From a bacterium (GTDB lineage: Bacteria > Bacteroidota > Ignavibacteria > UBA10030): 64,000 bases of DNA. The stretch covers positions 1 to 64,000 of the forward strand of contig JAZDJN010000095.1 of the NCBI GenBank assembly GCA_043803945.1. Direction: 5' to 3'. Position numbers and translations under genes: made by a program. The notes below the pieces were generated by a model. It saw only the letters and a program-made list of their open reading frames with translations. It made no database searches and was not told the origin of the DNA. Positions within the stretch are counted from its first letter, which is position 1. Every line of letters begins with the position of its first letter. Below are positions 49,367-61,826 of the stretch, in pieces.

Positions 49367-50038
49367 ATGTCGACACTTGTAGAAGTTCAGAACGTATCAA
49401 AATCGTACTGGCGGGATAGTTTTGAAATTCCCGTGCTTAACAATGTTTCTCTTTTTATTCCCGAGGGAGAGTTTCTCGCACTTATGGGCCCTTCGGGTTC
49501 GGGCAAAACAACTCTGCTCAATCTCATCGCAGGAATCGACCGCCCTACTAAGGGTGATATCTCGGTTGCCGGAGTCGATATTGCGAAGCTCGGCGAGTCT
49601 GCCCTGGCAACATGGCGGGCAAACCATGTCGGGTTTGTTTTTCAATTTTATAATCTCATTCCCGTTCTGACTGCATTTGAAAATGTTGAACTCCCTCTTC
49701 TGCTTACATCGTTATCGAAGGCCGATCGAAAGAAGCATGTGGAGGCTGCGCTTCAGGTGGTCGGGCTGGAAGATCGGATTCATCATTACCCCAAACAACT
49801 TTCCGGCGGCCAGGAGCAACGGGTTGCCATTGCCCGGGCAATTGTCACAGACCCGACACTGTTGGTTGCCGACGAACCGACCGGCGACCTCGACAAGCAT
49901 TCTGCCGAAGAAATTCTCACACTCCTCGAGCGGCTAAACAAGGAGTTTAAGAAGACAATAATTGTTGTCACCCATGATCCTCGAGCAGCGGAGAAAGCCA
50001 ACATTGTCCGCCACCTCGACAAGGGCGACCTGCACTAG
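49367..50038 (+). CDS. ABC transporter ATP-binding protein (MacB/LolD type)
   Basis: [26 protein letters not shown]. Confidence 0.95.
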   Translation: MSTLVEVQNVSKSYWRDSFEIPVLNNVSLFIPEGEFLALMGPSGSGKTTLLNLIAGIDRPTKGDISVAGVDIAKLGESALATWRANHVGFVFQFYNLIPVLTAFENVELPLLLTSLSKADRKKHVEAALQVVGLEDRIHHYPKQLSGGQEQRVAIARAIVTDPTLLVADEPTGDLDKHSAEEILTLLERLNKEFKKTIIVVTHDPRAAEKANIVRHLDKGDLH

Positions 50039-50047
50039 GAGGATGAT

Positions 50048-51208
50048 ATGAAAATACTAAAGCTTGTGTTTAAGAATGCTTTTCGCCACAAATTAAGGAC
50101 ATTCCTCACTGTTATAGGAATGGCAATCGCCGTGATGGCCTTTGGCTTGCTGCGCACTGTCGTTGCTATGTGGTATGTCGGCGTGGAGACTTCCGCTCCC
50201 AACCGGTTAATTACACGTCAGGCTGTTTCGTTCATCTTTCCGGTCCCCTACGCCTATCGCGAACAAATTGCAAAGATTCCGGGAATCGAGACGATAACGT
50301 ACGCCAACTGGTTTCAGGGCGTCTTTATCGACAAGAGCCAGTTCTTTGCACGACTCGCGGTTGATGCTGAGACAATTTTTGATGTCTACCCGGAGTTACT
50401 CCTTAAATTGGACGAATTGGAAGCATTTAAGCGGGAACGTAATTCCTGTATAGTCGGCAGTTCTCTTGCCAAGCAATACAACTTCAAGGTTGGTGATATT
50501 ATTCCCATTGAGGGCGACATTTATCCCGGTAAATGGGAGTTTGTTATCCGCGGAATCTATCAGCCGCGCGATAAAAACACCGACGCATCTCAAATGCTCT
50601 TTCACTGGAATTATCTTAATGAACGATTAAAGCAGGACTCCCCAGGTCGTGCCGGCGACGTGGGATGGTACATCATCAAGATTAAAGATCCATCACAGGC
50701 GGCAGCTATTTCTGAACAAGTGGATGCCCTCTTTAAAAACTCCCGCGCCGAAACAAAGACCGAAACCGAGCGGGCGTTCCAGCAGGGTTTTGTTTCGGGC
50801 TCCAGCTCAATCATCGCAGCAATGAACTTCATGGCATTCGTCATTATCGGCATTATAATGCTTGTGGTTGGCAACACCATGATTATGTCGGCACGCGAAC
50901 GCATCCGCGAATATGCTGTTTTCAAAACGCTTGGTTTCTCCGGCGGCCACCTCGCCGGGTTAATTCTGGGTGAATCGCTTGTTATCTCTTCACTCGGCGG
51001 CGGGCTGGGAATTTTATTGACCTACCCATTTGTTGCAGGTTTTGCTGCCGGTTTACCGAAAGGATTTTTTCCGATTTTTAACGTAACCCCGGAGACGGTT
51101 ATCCTTGCGGGGGCTTCCGCTCTTACCGTTGGTGTGCTGGCATCGCTCTTTCCTATTCAGCGCGCTCTCAGCACTAGAATTGTCGATGGGTTGCGGCACA
51201 TCGGGTAA
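50048..51208 (+). CDS. ABC transporter permease (MacB/FtsX type)
   Basis: RHKLRTFLT; NTMIMSARERIREYAVFKTLGF. Confidence 0.92.
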   Translation: MKILKLVFKNAFRHKLRTFLTVIGMAIAVMAFGLLRTVVAMWYVGVETSAPNRLITRQAVSFIFPVPYAYREQIAKIPGIETITYANWFQGVFIDKSQFFARLAVDAETIFDVYPELLLKLDELEAFKRERNSCIVGSSLAKQYNFKVGDIIPIEGDIYPGKWEFVIRGIYQPRDKNTDASQMLFHWNYLNERLKQDSPGRAGDVGWYIIKIKDPSQAAAISEQVDALFKNSRAETKTETERAFQQGFVSGSSSIIAAMNFMAFVIIGIIMLVVGNTMIMSARERIREYAVFKTLGFSGGHLAGLILGESLVISSLGGGLGILLTYPFVAGFAAGLPKGFFPIFNVTPETVILAGASALTVGVLASLFPIQRALSTRIVDGLRHIG

Positions 51209-51284
51209 CAAATCATGAACACTCAACGAACAGTTGTTCAACATCCTTGTTTGTTTCTCAAGACCATTTGAATATACGAATCCT

Positions 51285-52454
51285 ATGAAGATCCCATTAA
51301 AATATTCCTTCAGAAATTTTCTAACCCGGCGATTAACCAACGCTGTAACGGTTATCGGTATCGCTCTTGTCGTTTTTGTCTTTGCGGCCGTACTTATGAT
51401 GGCCTATGGCATCAGGAAAACTCTGGTGGCAACCGGTTCGGCCGATAATGTTCTCATCGCACGAAAAGCTGCCAATGGTGAAATATCGAGCATTGTCAGC
51501 CGTGATGATTTCAACACAATCCTGACATTGCCACACGTTGCACGCACGGCAGAGGGCAAACCCCTTGTCACCAGTGATGTCGTTGTGATTATCAACCAGA
51601 ATAAATTCAGTGGGGGTATCAGCAACCTTACGGTTCGCGGTGTATCACCCGAGGCCTTTGCCGTTCGCTCCCAGGTTATTATGGCCGAGGGAAGAGCGTA
51701 CAACGCGGGGGCACGCGAAATCATCGTTGGTTCTGCGGTGCGAAAAACATTTTTAGGCACAAACCTTGGAGATGAGGTCACCCTGGGCGGAGACCGGTGG
51801 AAAATCGTCGGTGTATTTGATGCAGGCGGAAGCGGTTTCGACTCAGAGATGTGGTGCGATGTTGACCAACTCGCCGATGCGTTTAACCGACAGGGAGCTT
51901 ATTCAACAATAACGTTCAAGCTGGATCGGCCTGATTCCTTTGATGAACTGAAACGCGCGTTTGACAACGAACAACGCCTTCAACAATACGAGCCCAAGAT
52001 CGAACAACGATTCTTTGAAGAACAGTCAGAAGCAATGTCGCTCTTTATCTCCGCACTCGGGCTTTTCATCACCGTGATTTTTAGTGTGGGCGCTACGATA
52101 GGAGCAATGATTACGATGTATGCCGCTGTCGCCAACAGGACTGTAGAGATCGGGACATTACGTGCCCTTGGATTCCGGCGACGCAGCGTGCTTGCTTCAT
52201 TCCTGATGGAGTCTGTTCTCCTTGGGCTCATTGGCGGTTTGCTGGGTCTTGGGCTAGCTTCGTTCCTGCAATTTGTTTCTTTTTCAACGCTGAATTTTGG
52301 ATCGTTTTCGGAGCTCTCGTTTTCCTTCGCGCTCTCTCCGGCGATTATTCTTATTACCCTCTCTTTCGCACTCGCAATGGGTTTCTTCGGGGGCTTTCTG
52401 CCTGCGGTGAGAGCTGCACGTTTAAATATTGTTAACGCCTTGCGGTCATCGTAA
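51285..52454 (+). CDS. ABC transporter permease (MacB/FtsX type)
   Basis: TMYAAVANRTVEIGTLRALGF; PAVRAARL. Confidence 0.92.
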   Translation: MKIPLKYSFRNFLTRRLTNAVTVIGIALVVFVFAAVLMMAYGIRKTLVATGSADNVLIARKAANGEISSIVSRDDFNTILTLPHVARTAEGKPLVTSDVVVIINQNKFSGGISNLTVRGVSPEAFAVRSQVIMAEGRAYNAGAREIIVGSAVRKTFLGTNLGDEVTLGGDRWKIVGVFDAGGSGFDSEMWCDVDQLADAFNRQGAYSTITFKLDRPDSFDELKRAFDNEQRLQQYEPKIEQRFFEEQSEAMSLFISALGLFITVIFSVGATIGAMITMYAAVANRTVEIGTLRALGFRRRSVLASFLMESVLLGLIGGLLGLGLASFLQFVSFSTLNFGSFSELSFSFALSPAIILITLSFALAMGFFGGFLPAVRAARLNIVNALRSS

Positions 52455-52491
52455 CCGGTTGCTTCACCAGGTTGCCCCTTGTATCAAAATA

Positions 52492-52540
52492 GAAAGTCCG
52501 GCATTGCATATCATACAACCTGACACCATGCCGGACTTTC
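52492..52540. terminator. Hairpin between convergent genes
   Basis: GAAAGTCCGGCAT..ATGCCGGACTTTC. Confidence 0.6.
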
Positions 52541-52609
52541 GTTTTACTTTATCGAGGCTTGAAGAAGATGCCTATCGCCTTCTACAGGAACAATAGAGGG
52601 TTTGCTGGA

Positions 52610-52966
52610 TTATTTCGCTGATACCGCAATCCAGCCGCCGCCAATTGCATAAATCTTGGTGTCGCCCCAGGTTTTTACCTGTACCAGAAATCCGTCTCTC
52701 GAAACACTGATCGTCTTTACCTCATAGCGGAGGTTTTTTTCCTTATCGCAGTCGAGATAGTTGACTGCAACGATTACTTCTGGTTTCTGCTCAAAGGCTT
52801 TCGGGAATGTTACTTCGAGCTGAACTACGCGATCGCCGCTCTCCTTGTCGAGCGTATAATCCTTCAGGTTTTTATCAAACATATACCTGCCGCTTTGGAC
52901 TTGTTGTCCCAGGGCAACCATGGAGAATAAGACCGTCAACACTAGCACTACTGAAAATGTACGCAT
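52610..52966 (-). CDS. Secreted H-type lectin domain protein
   Basis: Signal peptide; VTFPKAFEQKPEV, LD..NLR, GF..KTWGDT, WIA. Confidence 0.8.
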   Translation of the reverse strand: MRTFSVVLVLTVLFSMVALGQQVQSGRYMFDKNLKDYTLDKESGDRVVQLEVTFPKAFEQKPEVIVAVNYLDCDKEKNLRYEVKTISVSRDGFLVQVKTWGDTKIYAIGGGWIAVSAK

Positions 52967-53255
52967 AGAGACCCCCTTCTTATAGGTTAGGTGATGGTAG
53001 AATTCCAACATCTATGGTACATTTAAGATGTCAGATCCTTTTGCGAGAATATGAATTGTTTTCCTGTAAATCAAGTAACCTTGCATGGTATTTTGGAAAC
53101 GTACCGCCCAGACCCCTCCTCCCTGGCTAAATTTACCCATTAATGCTTACTCGACATTTCAGGTGCTGTAATTTCTGCAATCCCGCTCTTGTATCAATTT
53201 TCTGCTCTGCGTATCTTGCCTATAACTTGAAAATAATGGAAGAGTGCTCTGTCCT

Positions 53256-53476
53256 ATGTTCTGGCTCAAAATTATTAAAGATTTCATCAAGATTTTACGT
53301 GCCGGGCAAACACCCGCTCAAATTGCCGGCGGTTTTGCACTCGGTGCCATCGTCGGACTCTCACCAATGTTTACGCTCCAGGGGCTTGTCTTATTGAACA
53401 AGAAAAGAAAAAACAGACTGATTCGGAAAAGAAAAAGCTGGAAGACGCACTGAAGGGTTTATTCAAGAAGCAGTAG
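53256..53476 (+). pseudogene. Deletion fusion of a TIGR03546-like 5' end and a TIGR03545-like 3' end
   Basis: MFWLKIIKDFIKILRAGQTPAQIAGGFALGAIVGLSP, then in another frame EQEKKKQTDSEKKKLEDALKGLFKKQ*. Confidence 0.7.
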
Positions 53477-53492
53477 TACACATGGAGAATTC

Positions 53493-54065
53493 ATGGCAAA
53501 GAAAAAACAACACGTTCCGCCTGCAGGGCAGAATGCCCCCGGAGGGAAAAAAACCATTGTGTTTATCGGCATTGTGGTTGTTCTCGCCGTGGTGGTTGCC
53601 CTCGTCCTGTTTCGCCCGACACAACCATCTACAACAACCACATCAACAACCGGCCAAACTGCTGTGAAGCCCGATCACTCCTTCAAAAAACAGGGTGAGG
53701 TTCGCTTCGTCAACTCAAAAAAGGAGTTTATTACCGCCATCGATGTTGAGCTTGCCGAGACATCGGATAAGCGGCAACTGGGATTGATGTTTCGTGAATC
53801 GCTCGCAGAGAACCAGGGAATGTTGTTTGTTTTTGACCTTGAAGAAGTTCAATCGTTCTGGATGAAAAACACGCTTCTTTCGCTCGACATCATCTATGTC
53901 AATGCGGATTATGAGATCGTCTCTATTCACAAGAACACTGTCCCTCAATCGGAAGAGGCTTATGAGTCCGGGCGGCCGGCGCTCTATGTTGTTGAAGTGA
54001 ATGCCGGTTTCACCGACCGTCATGGAATCAAGGTTGGCGATTCAATGCGGTGGAGCAAGTTGTAG
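53493..54065 (+). CDS. DUF192 family protein
   Basis: VELAET..RQLGLMFR..GMLFVF..FWMKNT..LDII..YVVEVNAG. Confidence 0.92.
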   Translation: MAKKKQHVPPAGQNAPGGKKTIVFIGIVVVLAVVVALVLFRPTQPSTTTTSTTGQTAVKPDHSFKKQGEVRFVNSKKEFITAIDVELAETSDKRQLGLMFRESLAENQGMLFVFDLEEVQSFWMKNTLLSLDIIYVNADYEIVSIHKNTVPQSEEAYESGRPALYVVEVNAGFTDRHGIKVGDSMRWSKL

Positions 54066-54103
54066 TCTGGTCTATTGGTATTTATTCGGGTTGGTCCATG
54101 CAG

Positions 54104-54141
54104 AAAAAAACCGGTCAAGCAAAAACGTTTGACCGGTTTTT
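54104..54141. terminator. Bidirectional intrinsic terminator
   Basis: AAAAAAACCGGTCAA..TTGACCGGTTTTT between convergent DUF192 and gyrA. Confidence 0.75.
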
Positions 54142-54149
54142 CTTGGTGC

Positions 54150-56735
54150 TTATTTCTTTTTACTGCGTTTCTCTTTCTTGCTTTTCTCGTCCGTGTTCTT
54201 CTTGTTTTCCCTGGCCGCTGGTGGTGGCTGAGGCTCTTTTCCGTTTTTCAATCCATTTGATTTATTGTTGACCTCTTTATCTTTTTCGGCGAGCCGTTTA
54301 TCCTCTTCGTCCTCGGCAATAACAATGGCGATGTCGGCGACAATATCTTCTGTGTCAAGCCTGATCAATCGCACACCCTGGGTGTTCCTGCCTGCAACAC
54401 GAATATCGGAGGCATGCTGGCGGATAACCATTCCGCCTGTCGTCACCACAACAACGTCGTCCGTTTCAACGACCTCCTTGATGGCAACCATATTGCCCGT
54501 CTTGTCAGAAGTTTTGACGGTAATGATCCCTTTGCCGCCGCGATGACTAACCCGATACTCGTCCCCATCACTACGCTTTCCGTACCCTCGCTCTGTTGCG
54601 ACAAGAATTGATGTTCCTTTTCTCCGGAGCGTTACAACCCCCAATACTTTATCGTTTTTACCAAGCTTAATTCCGCGTACGCCGGCGGCTGTGCGCCCCA
54701 TCGGCCGTACTTCTTCTTCCTGGAAACGGATCGCAATTCCATTTTTCGTTCCCATGATAATGTCCTGGGTGCCATCGGTTAAGCGCGCCTCTTTCAGGCT
54801 GTCACCCTTCTTCAACGTCGTGGCAACAATACCCGACTTGCGGGGATTGCTGAACTCCGACAGCAGTACTTTCTTTACCAGGCCATGTTCTGTGACCATC
54901 AGGATGTAGTGTTTGTCGTCGAATTCTTTGACCGCCATAAACGCACTGATGTTCTCGTCCGGTGTTTTTCCGATTAGCGAGTTTATCGACTTGCCTTTTG
55001 CCGTCCGCCCGCTTTCAGGAATTTCGAAGACCTTCAGCCAGTAGCATCGGCCTGCATCGGTGAAGAACATAATGTAGTTGTGCGTACTGGCTATGAACAT
55101 GTGCTCCATGAAATCGTCTTCTTTGGTCGCCGCACCTGTTACTCCTTTTCCACCCCTCGATTGCCGTCTGTATCCGGAAACCGGGAATCGTTTGATATAT
55201 CCCTGATGGCTGATGGTAATGACGACTTCCTCTTCTGCGATCATGTCTTCTATTCTGAACTCTTCCGCTTTATACACTATTTCTGTCCGCCGTTCATCGC
55301 CATACTTCTTCTTCTGTTCAACAAGCTCTTCTTCGATGATTCTCATTTGCAGTTGCTTGCTCTTCAGGATCGCCTTCATCTTCTCGATAAACTTTATGGT
55401 GTCGCGGTATTCATCCTCTACCTTCTTCCGCTCAAGGCCTGTAAGTTTCTGCAGGCGCATGTCGAGGATGGCTTTCGCCTGAATTTCAGACAACTTGAAT
55501 TTCTTCATCAATCCAAGTTTCGCCGACTCAACATCCTTTGACTGTTTGATGAGTTTAATAATGGCGTCGATATTATCCAGCGCGATAATGTAGCCTTCGA
55601 GGATATGTGCACGTTTCTCGGCTTCATCGAGTTCATGCTTCGTTCGACGGACAACAACCTTGTTGCGGTGAGAGATAAAGTTCTGGATAATTTCCCTCAG
55701 CGTTAGAACCCGCGGCCTGCCGTCAACAAGTGCAAGCATAATGATGCCGAAGGTTGTCTGCATCTGAGTGTGCTTGTAGAGGTTGTTGAGTACAACTTCC
55801 GCGTTTGCATCGCGTTTTAGTTCCACAACAACACGAAGGCCGTCACGGTCGGACTCATCCCGCACATCGGAAATGTCTTCGATCTTCTTTTCATTGACAA
55901 GGTCGGCAATTTTCTCAATGAGTCCCGCTTTGTTGACCATGTAAGGCAATTCGGAAACGATGATGCGCTGCCGGTCACTTTTTGTTGTTTCAATATTCGC
56001 TCTGGCCCGAACAAGAATTCTTCCCCTTCCTGTCGTATAGGCCTCTTTGACGCCTTCGTAGCCATAGATAATGCCGCCGGTGGGAAAATCGGGGGCAAGA
56101 ATATGCTTCATCAATTTTTCGTTGGTGATCTCTTCGTCCTTAATGTAGGCGAGGCAACCGTCAATGACTTCGTTCAAATTATGCGGCGGGATGTTTGTTG
56201 CCATGCCCACGGCGATTCCGCTGGCGCCGTTACAGAGAAGGTTGGGAAAGCGCGCGGGTAAAACTGATGGTTCTTTAAGCGTATCGTCGAAGTTCGGAAG
56301 AAAATCCACCGTATTTTTTTCGAGATCGCGAAGCATTTCCTCCGCAATACGAGAAAGCCGTGCCTCGGTATAACGCATTGCTGCTGGTGAATCGCCATCG
56401 ACCGATCCGAAGTTCCCCTGCCCATCAACAAGCGGATACCGCAAAGAAAAATCCTGCACCATGCGCACCATGCTGTCATACACGGCTGCATCACCATGGG
56501 GGTGGTATTTACCGAGCACCTCTCCAACGATGCGGGCGCTTTTCTTGTAGGACCTGCTGCTGGCAAGCCCAAGGTCCTGCATGCCAAACAGTACGCGGCG
56601 ATGGACGGGCTTCAATCCATCGCGGACATCGGGAAGCGCCCGTGCAACAATAACCGACATCGAGTAATCGATGTAGGAACCCTTCATCTCGTCTTCGATA
56701 TCAACAGGAATTATTTTTTCGTTTACCGTAGCCAT
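54150..56735 (-). CDS. gyrA: DNA gyrase subunit A
   Basis: [22 protein letters not shown], GyrA box QSRGGKG. Confidence 0.98.
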   Translation of the reverse strand: MATVNEKIIPVDIEDEMKGSYIDYSMSVIVARALPDVRDGLKPVHRRVLFGMQDLGLASSRSYKKSARIVGEVLGKYHPHGDAAVYDSMVRMVQDFSLRYPLVDGQGNFGSVDGDSPAAMRYTEARLSRIAEEMLRDLEKNTVDFLPNFDDTLKEPSVLPARFPNLLCNGASGIAVGMATNIPPHNLNEVIDGCLAYIKDEEITNEKLMKHILAPDFPTGGIIYGYEGVKEAYTTGRGRILVRARANIETTKSDRQRIIVSELPYMVNKAGLIEKIADLVNEKKIEDISDVRDESDRDGLRVVVELKRDANAEVVLNNLYKHTQMQTTFGIIMLALVDGRPRVLTLREIIQNFISHRNKVVVRRTKHELDEAEKRAHILEGYIIALDNIDAIIKLIKQSKDVESAKLGLMKKFKLSEIQAKAILDMRLQKLTGLERKKVEDEYRDTIKFIEKMKAILKSKQLQMRIIEEELVEQKKKYGDERRTEIVYKAEEFRIEDMIAEEEVVITISHQGYIKRFPVSGYRRQSRGGKGVTGAATKEDDFMEHMFIASTHNYIMFFTDAGRCYWLKVFEIPESGRTAKGKSINSLIGKTPDENISAFMAVKEFDDKHYILMVTEHGLVKKVLLSEFSNPRKSGIVATTLKKGDSLKEARLTDGTQDIIMGTKNGIAIRFQEEEVRPMGRTAAGVRGIKLGKNDKVLGVVTLRRKGTSILVATERGYGKRSDGDEYRVSHRGGKGIITVKTSDKTGNMVAIKEVVETDDVVVVTTGGMVIRQHASDIRVAGRNTQGVRLIRLDTEDIVADIAIVIAEDEEDKRLAEKDKEVNNKSNGLKNGKEPQPPPAARENKKNTDEKSKKEKRSKKK

Positions 56736-56776
56736 CTTTTTCTTTCTGTTGTTGACAGGCTTAATCGACTATTGTG

Positions 56777-58849
<2,073 letters not shown>

Positions 58850-58866
58850 GCTTCTGCTTTCTCTTT

Positions 58867-59151
58867 CTATTGAAACCGAATGTCTTTTACAACTTCTTCA
58901 TGCAGATGATTGTTTATTTTTTCGATGATTTCCTTTTTCCTCATCACAAGCTCGTTGCGCCATACACTATTTGATACGGCAATGTAGAGCACTCCTTTAA
59001 CAATTTTTGTGGCCGTGGTGACGGCTGCTATATTCTGTCCAACAATATGCTCCCATTGGATAACGGCATCATACTCCTGGAGTTTCTTTTGTATTCCAAG
59101 TGTTTGTGCCAGATCCTGAATAACGGCGCCAATAGGTCTAATGTGCGACAT
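58867..59151 (-). CDS. DUF721/DciA family protein
   Basis: WEHIVG..IAAVT..GVLYIAV..WRNEL; between recF and gyrB. Confidence 0.88.
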   Translation of the reverse strand: MSHIRPIGAVIQDLAQTLGIQKKLQEYDAVIQWEHIVGQNIAAVTTATKIVKGVLYIAVSNSVWRNELVMRKKEIIEKINNHLHEEVVKDIRFQ

Positions 59152-60286
59152 CGCTGCAAACCTTTCCGACCGATCCTCCCGAGACAACGATGCGCTTGTT
59201 ATGGTTTTTTCCATCAAAATGATTATTCAGAAAACTGTCTGTCGTCGAGGTAATAAACGATTGTCCAAGAGATTCTACAACTTCGAGCAATCGATACGAC
59301 CGTTGAGGGTCGAGTTCACTGAAGACGTCATCGAGCAGCAAGATAGGCGCTTCCCGGCACTTTTCCTGAAGGAAATAAAACTCTGCTATTTTCAGTGCAA
59401 CCAACAGCGTTTTGTGCTGGCCCTGCGAGGCAAACTTTCTCATCGGTTTTTCATTGATAGCAAACTCAACGTCGTCACGATGTGGCCCGACAAGTGTCAG
59501 ACCGAGTTTATATTCGCGTGCGGATGCAACTTCCAGTTGTCTTAGAATCTGTTCTTGCATGACCTTTTGCGACTCTGTTTCGATTCCCGTTACCGATGGC
59601 AAATATGTTAACGACGGCTTTTCTTCTTTGCCGGCTATTCTGTTGTACGCGTGTACGACGTGCGGTTTAAATTCGATGAGAAAATCTCTTCTCCGCAGGA
59701 TGAGCGTCGCACCGCTTACAGCAAGTGCTTCATTCCAGGGTTCGATCAACTCTCTATTTCTCGTTCCTTTCTGTTTTTCATCAAAGAGGATTCTGTTCCG
59801 TTGTTTTAGAATCCGCCTATATTCAATAAGGTTTTCTAAATACAGTTTGCTTGACTGACAAATCACAAAATCCAGAAAACTTCTACGCTCAGCAGGCCCT
59901 CCCATTGTTATGGATATCATTTCAGGAGAACTGGCAACAACGGGAAACCGGCCTACAATTTCGGAAGCTTTCTTAAGAATAATATTGTTAATGGAAATTG
60001 TTTTCTCGTGAGCATCGTTGTTATACAAGGCAATGATCTTATAAGAAACCGATCCATCTCTTTCCGCTCTTCCTTCGACGGAGAAACTACTTTTCCCATA
60101 CTGTACTATTGTTTCATCACTGCTCGATAAAAAACTTTTTGTCAGGCAGAGATAGGAAATAGATTCCAGAATACTTGTTTTTCCCTCACCGTTTCCACCG
60201 ACAAATAAATTGAGATGTTCAGAACATTCAATATGTGTCAACGTATGATTGCGAAAATTTTGTAGTGCTAACGTATGGATTTTCAT
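59138..60286 (-). CDS. recF: DNA replication and repair protein RecF
   Basis: NFRNH, GGNGEGKTS, GPHRDD, SQGQ, LLDDVFSELD. Confidence 0.97.
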   Translation of the reverse strand: MKIHTLALQNFRNHTLTHIECSEHLNLFVGGNGEGKTSILESISYLCLTKSFLSSSDETIVQYGKSSFSVEGRAERDGSVSYKIIALYNNDAHEKTISINNIILKKASEIVGRFPVVASSPEMISITMGGPAERRSFLDFVICQSSKLYLENLIEYRRILKQRNRILFDEKQKGTRNRELIEPWNEALAVSGATLILRRRDFLIEFKPHVVHAYNRIAGKEEKPSLTYLPSVTGIETESQKVMQEQILRQLEVASAREYKLGLTLVGPHRDDVEFAINEKPMRKFASQGQHKTLLVALKIAEFYFLQEKCREAPILLLDDVFSELDPQRSYRLLEVVESLGQSFITSTTDSFLNNHFDGKNHNKRIVVSGGSVGKVCSDVAH

Positions 60287-60370
60287 AGCAGAGAGACTTA
60301 TTTACAAAGCGATAGCCCCGCAGAGCCGGGGCTATCTCGAAAGATTCATTCATTCCCATGCGAACAACTA

Positions 60371-61486
60371 TTATGTATTAAGCCTCATCGGCATAACCAA
60401 CATGAGAATATCTTCTCCCTGTCTCTGTTGCTCAGGGGAGATAATTGCCGCACGAATTGCGCTGCTCAGATTAAATCTTACCTCATCAGAATCGATGTGT
60501 GAGAGTATGTCGATTATATAGGTTGAATTGAACCCTATATCAACATCCTCATTATCATATCGGCAGCCGATCTTCTCCTTTGCTTCTCCTCCAAAATCTA
60601 TGTCTTCTGCAGAAACTCTCAACTCATTTTTCTTGATCGAACATCGTATCTGGTGTGTGGTTGAACTTGAATACAGGGAAACACGCCGAATAGACGAAAG
60701 AAGAAGTTCCCGGTCGACTATTAATACTTTTTCGTTATCGAGCGGGATGACCGATTCATAGTTTGGATAGGCTTCTTCTATGAGCCGCGTTGTCAGTGTC
60801 GTTGTCCCAAACGCAAACTGGATGTTTGAAGCCCCCATGGCAATGGTGATTTCTCCTTCGTCAATCGATTTCATAACCAAGATCATTGCTTTTGATGGAA
60901 TAACAACATCTTTTGTAAAAAGGGCATTCTTAATAGATGAATGCTGAAACCGGACAAGGCGGTGGCCATCTGTACCTACAACCCTAAATTCACCTTCCTT
61001 TATTTGAAGAAGAATACCCGTCATTGCTGGCCGTAATTCATCGGTGCTGACAGAGAAAATTGTTTTTCCAATGATGCGTCGTAAAACATCCCCCTTGATA
61101 GAAAGAGTTTCTTCCGGCTTGAATTGTGGAATAGCCGGAAATTCCGAACTCGATTCCCCCATGAGAATATACTCACCTGTCTCAGTCATCATCTTAATCT
61201 TGTTTGTCGAAGACTCTGTAGCCACGTGGAGCTGCACATCAGGAAGAGCTCGTATCGTATCAATAAGCCTCTTAGCGGGGATTGCGATCGATCCATCCTC
61301 CGCACCCTTTACATCAATTGAGGTTGTAATGGATGCTTCTAAATCTGTTGCAGTAAGATGAAGGGTATTTTTAGAGAGTGTAAAAAGAATATTTTCGAGA
61401 ATAGGAAGCGTCGATTTTGAAGGTACAACAGCTGTTATTTTTGAGAGTACCCGCTGGAGTTCACTACACAAAACAGAAAATTTCAT
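60371..61486 (-). CDS. dnaN: DNA polymerase III beta sliding clamp
   Basis: ATDLE, RPAMTG, TDGHRL, YPNY, GFN, LVMPM. Confidence 0.98.
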   Translation of the reverse strand: MKFSVLCSELQRVLSKITAVVPSKSTLPILENILFTLSKNTLHLTATDLEASITTSIDVKGAEDGSIAIPAKRLIDTIRALPDVQLHVATESSTNKIKMMTETGEYILMGESSSEFPAIPQFKPEETLSIKGDVLRRIIGKTIFSVSTDELRPAMTGILLQIKEGEFRVVGTDGHRLVRFQHSSIKNALFTKDVVIPSKAMILVMKSIDEGEITIAMGASNIQFAFGTTTLTTRLIEEAYPNYESVIPLDNEKVLIVDRELLLSSIRRVSLYSSSTTHQIRCSIKKNELRVSAEDIDFGGEAKEKIGCRYDNEDVDIGFNSTYIIDILSHIDSDEVRFNLSSAIRAAIISPEQQRQGEDILMLVMPMRLNT

Positions 61487-61826
61487 TTATTTCTCCTTCT
61501 TCAAGAGGAAACTTTTCGCTGGAGGGTTATCTGTAAGATATTAAAACTTTGAGAGAGAAACAATTCTGGTATAAGTGATATATAATAGTATTTATATATC
61601 ATGAATTAAGAAAAAGATAGTAATTATAATAATAATGTTGATATGTTAATTTCTTTTGAAAAGAAAAGAAAAGATAATACAATTTTCATTTTTATTTTGT
61701 GAACTGACTGTTGATAAACATCTTCTAACTCTTTCTAATATTTTTGAAGGATGAGAACTTTACTATAAGGAGCAGTTAAGAACAGTCTATCAACAATTGT
61801 TCACAACATAATAAACAAGTTATTCC
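61487..61826. other. Replication origin core (oriC)
   Basis: Very AT-rich; boxes TGTTGATAT (61636), TGTTGATAA (~61709), CTATCAACA (~61787); TAG-TAA-TTA-TAA-TAA-TAA trio-like run beside the 61636 box. Confidence 0.8.
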
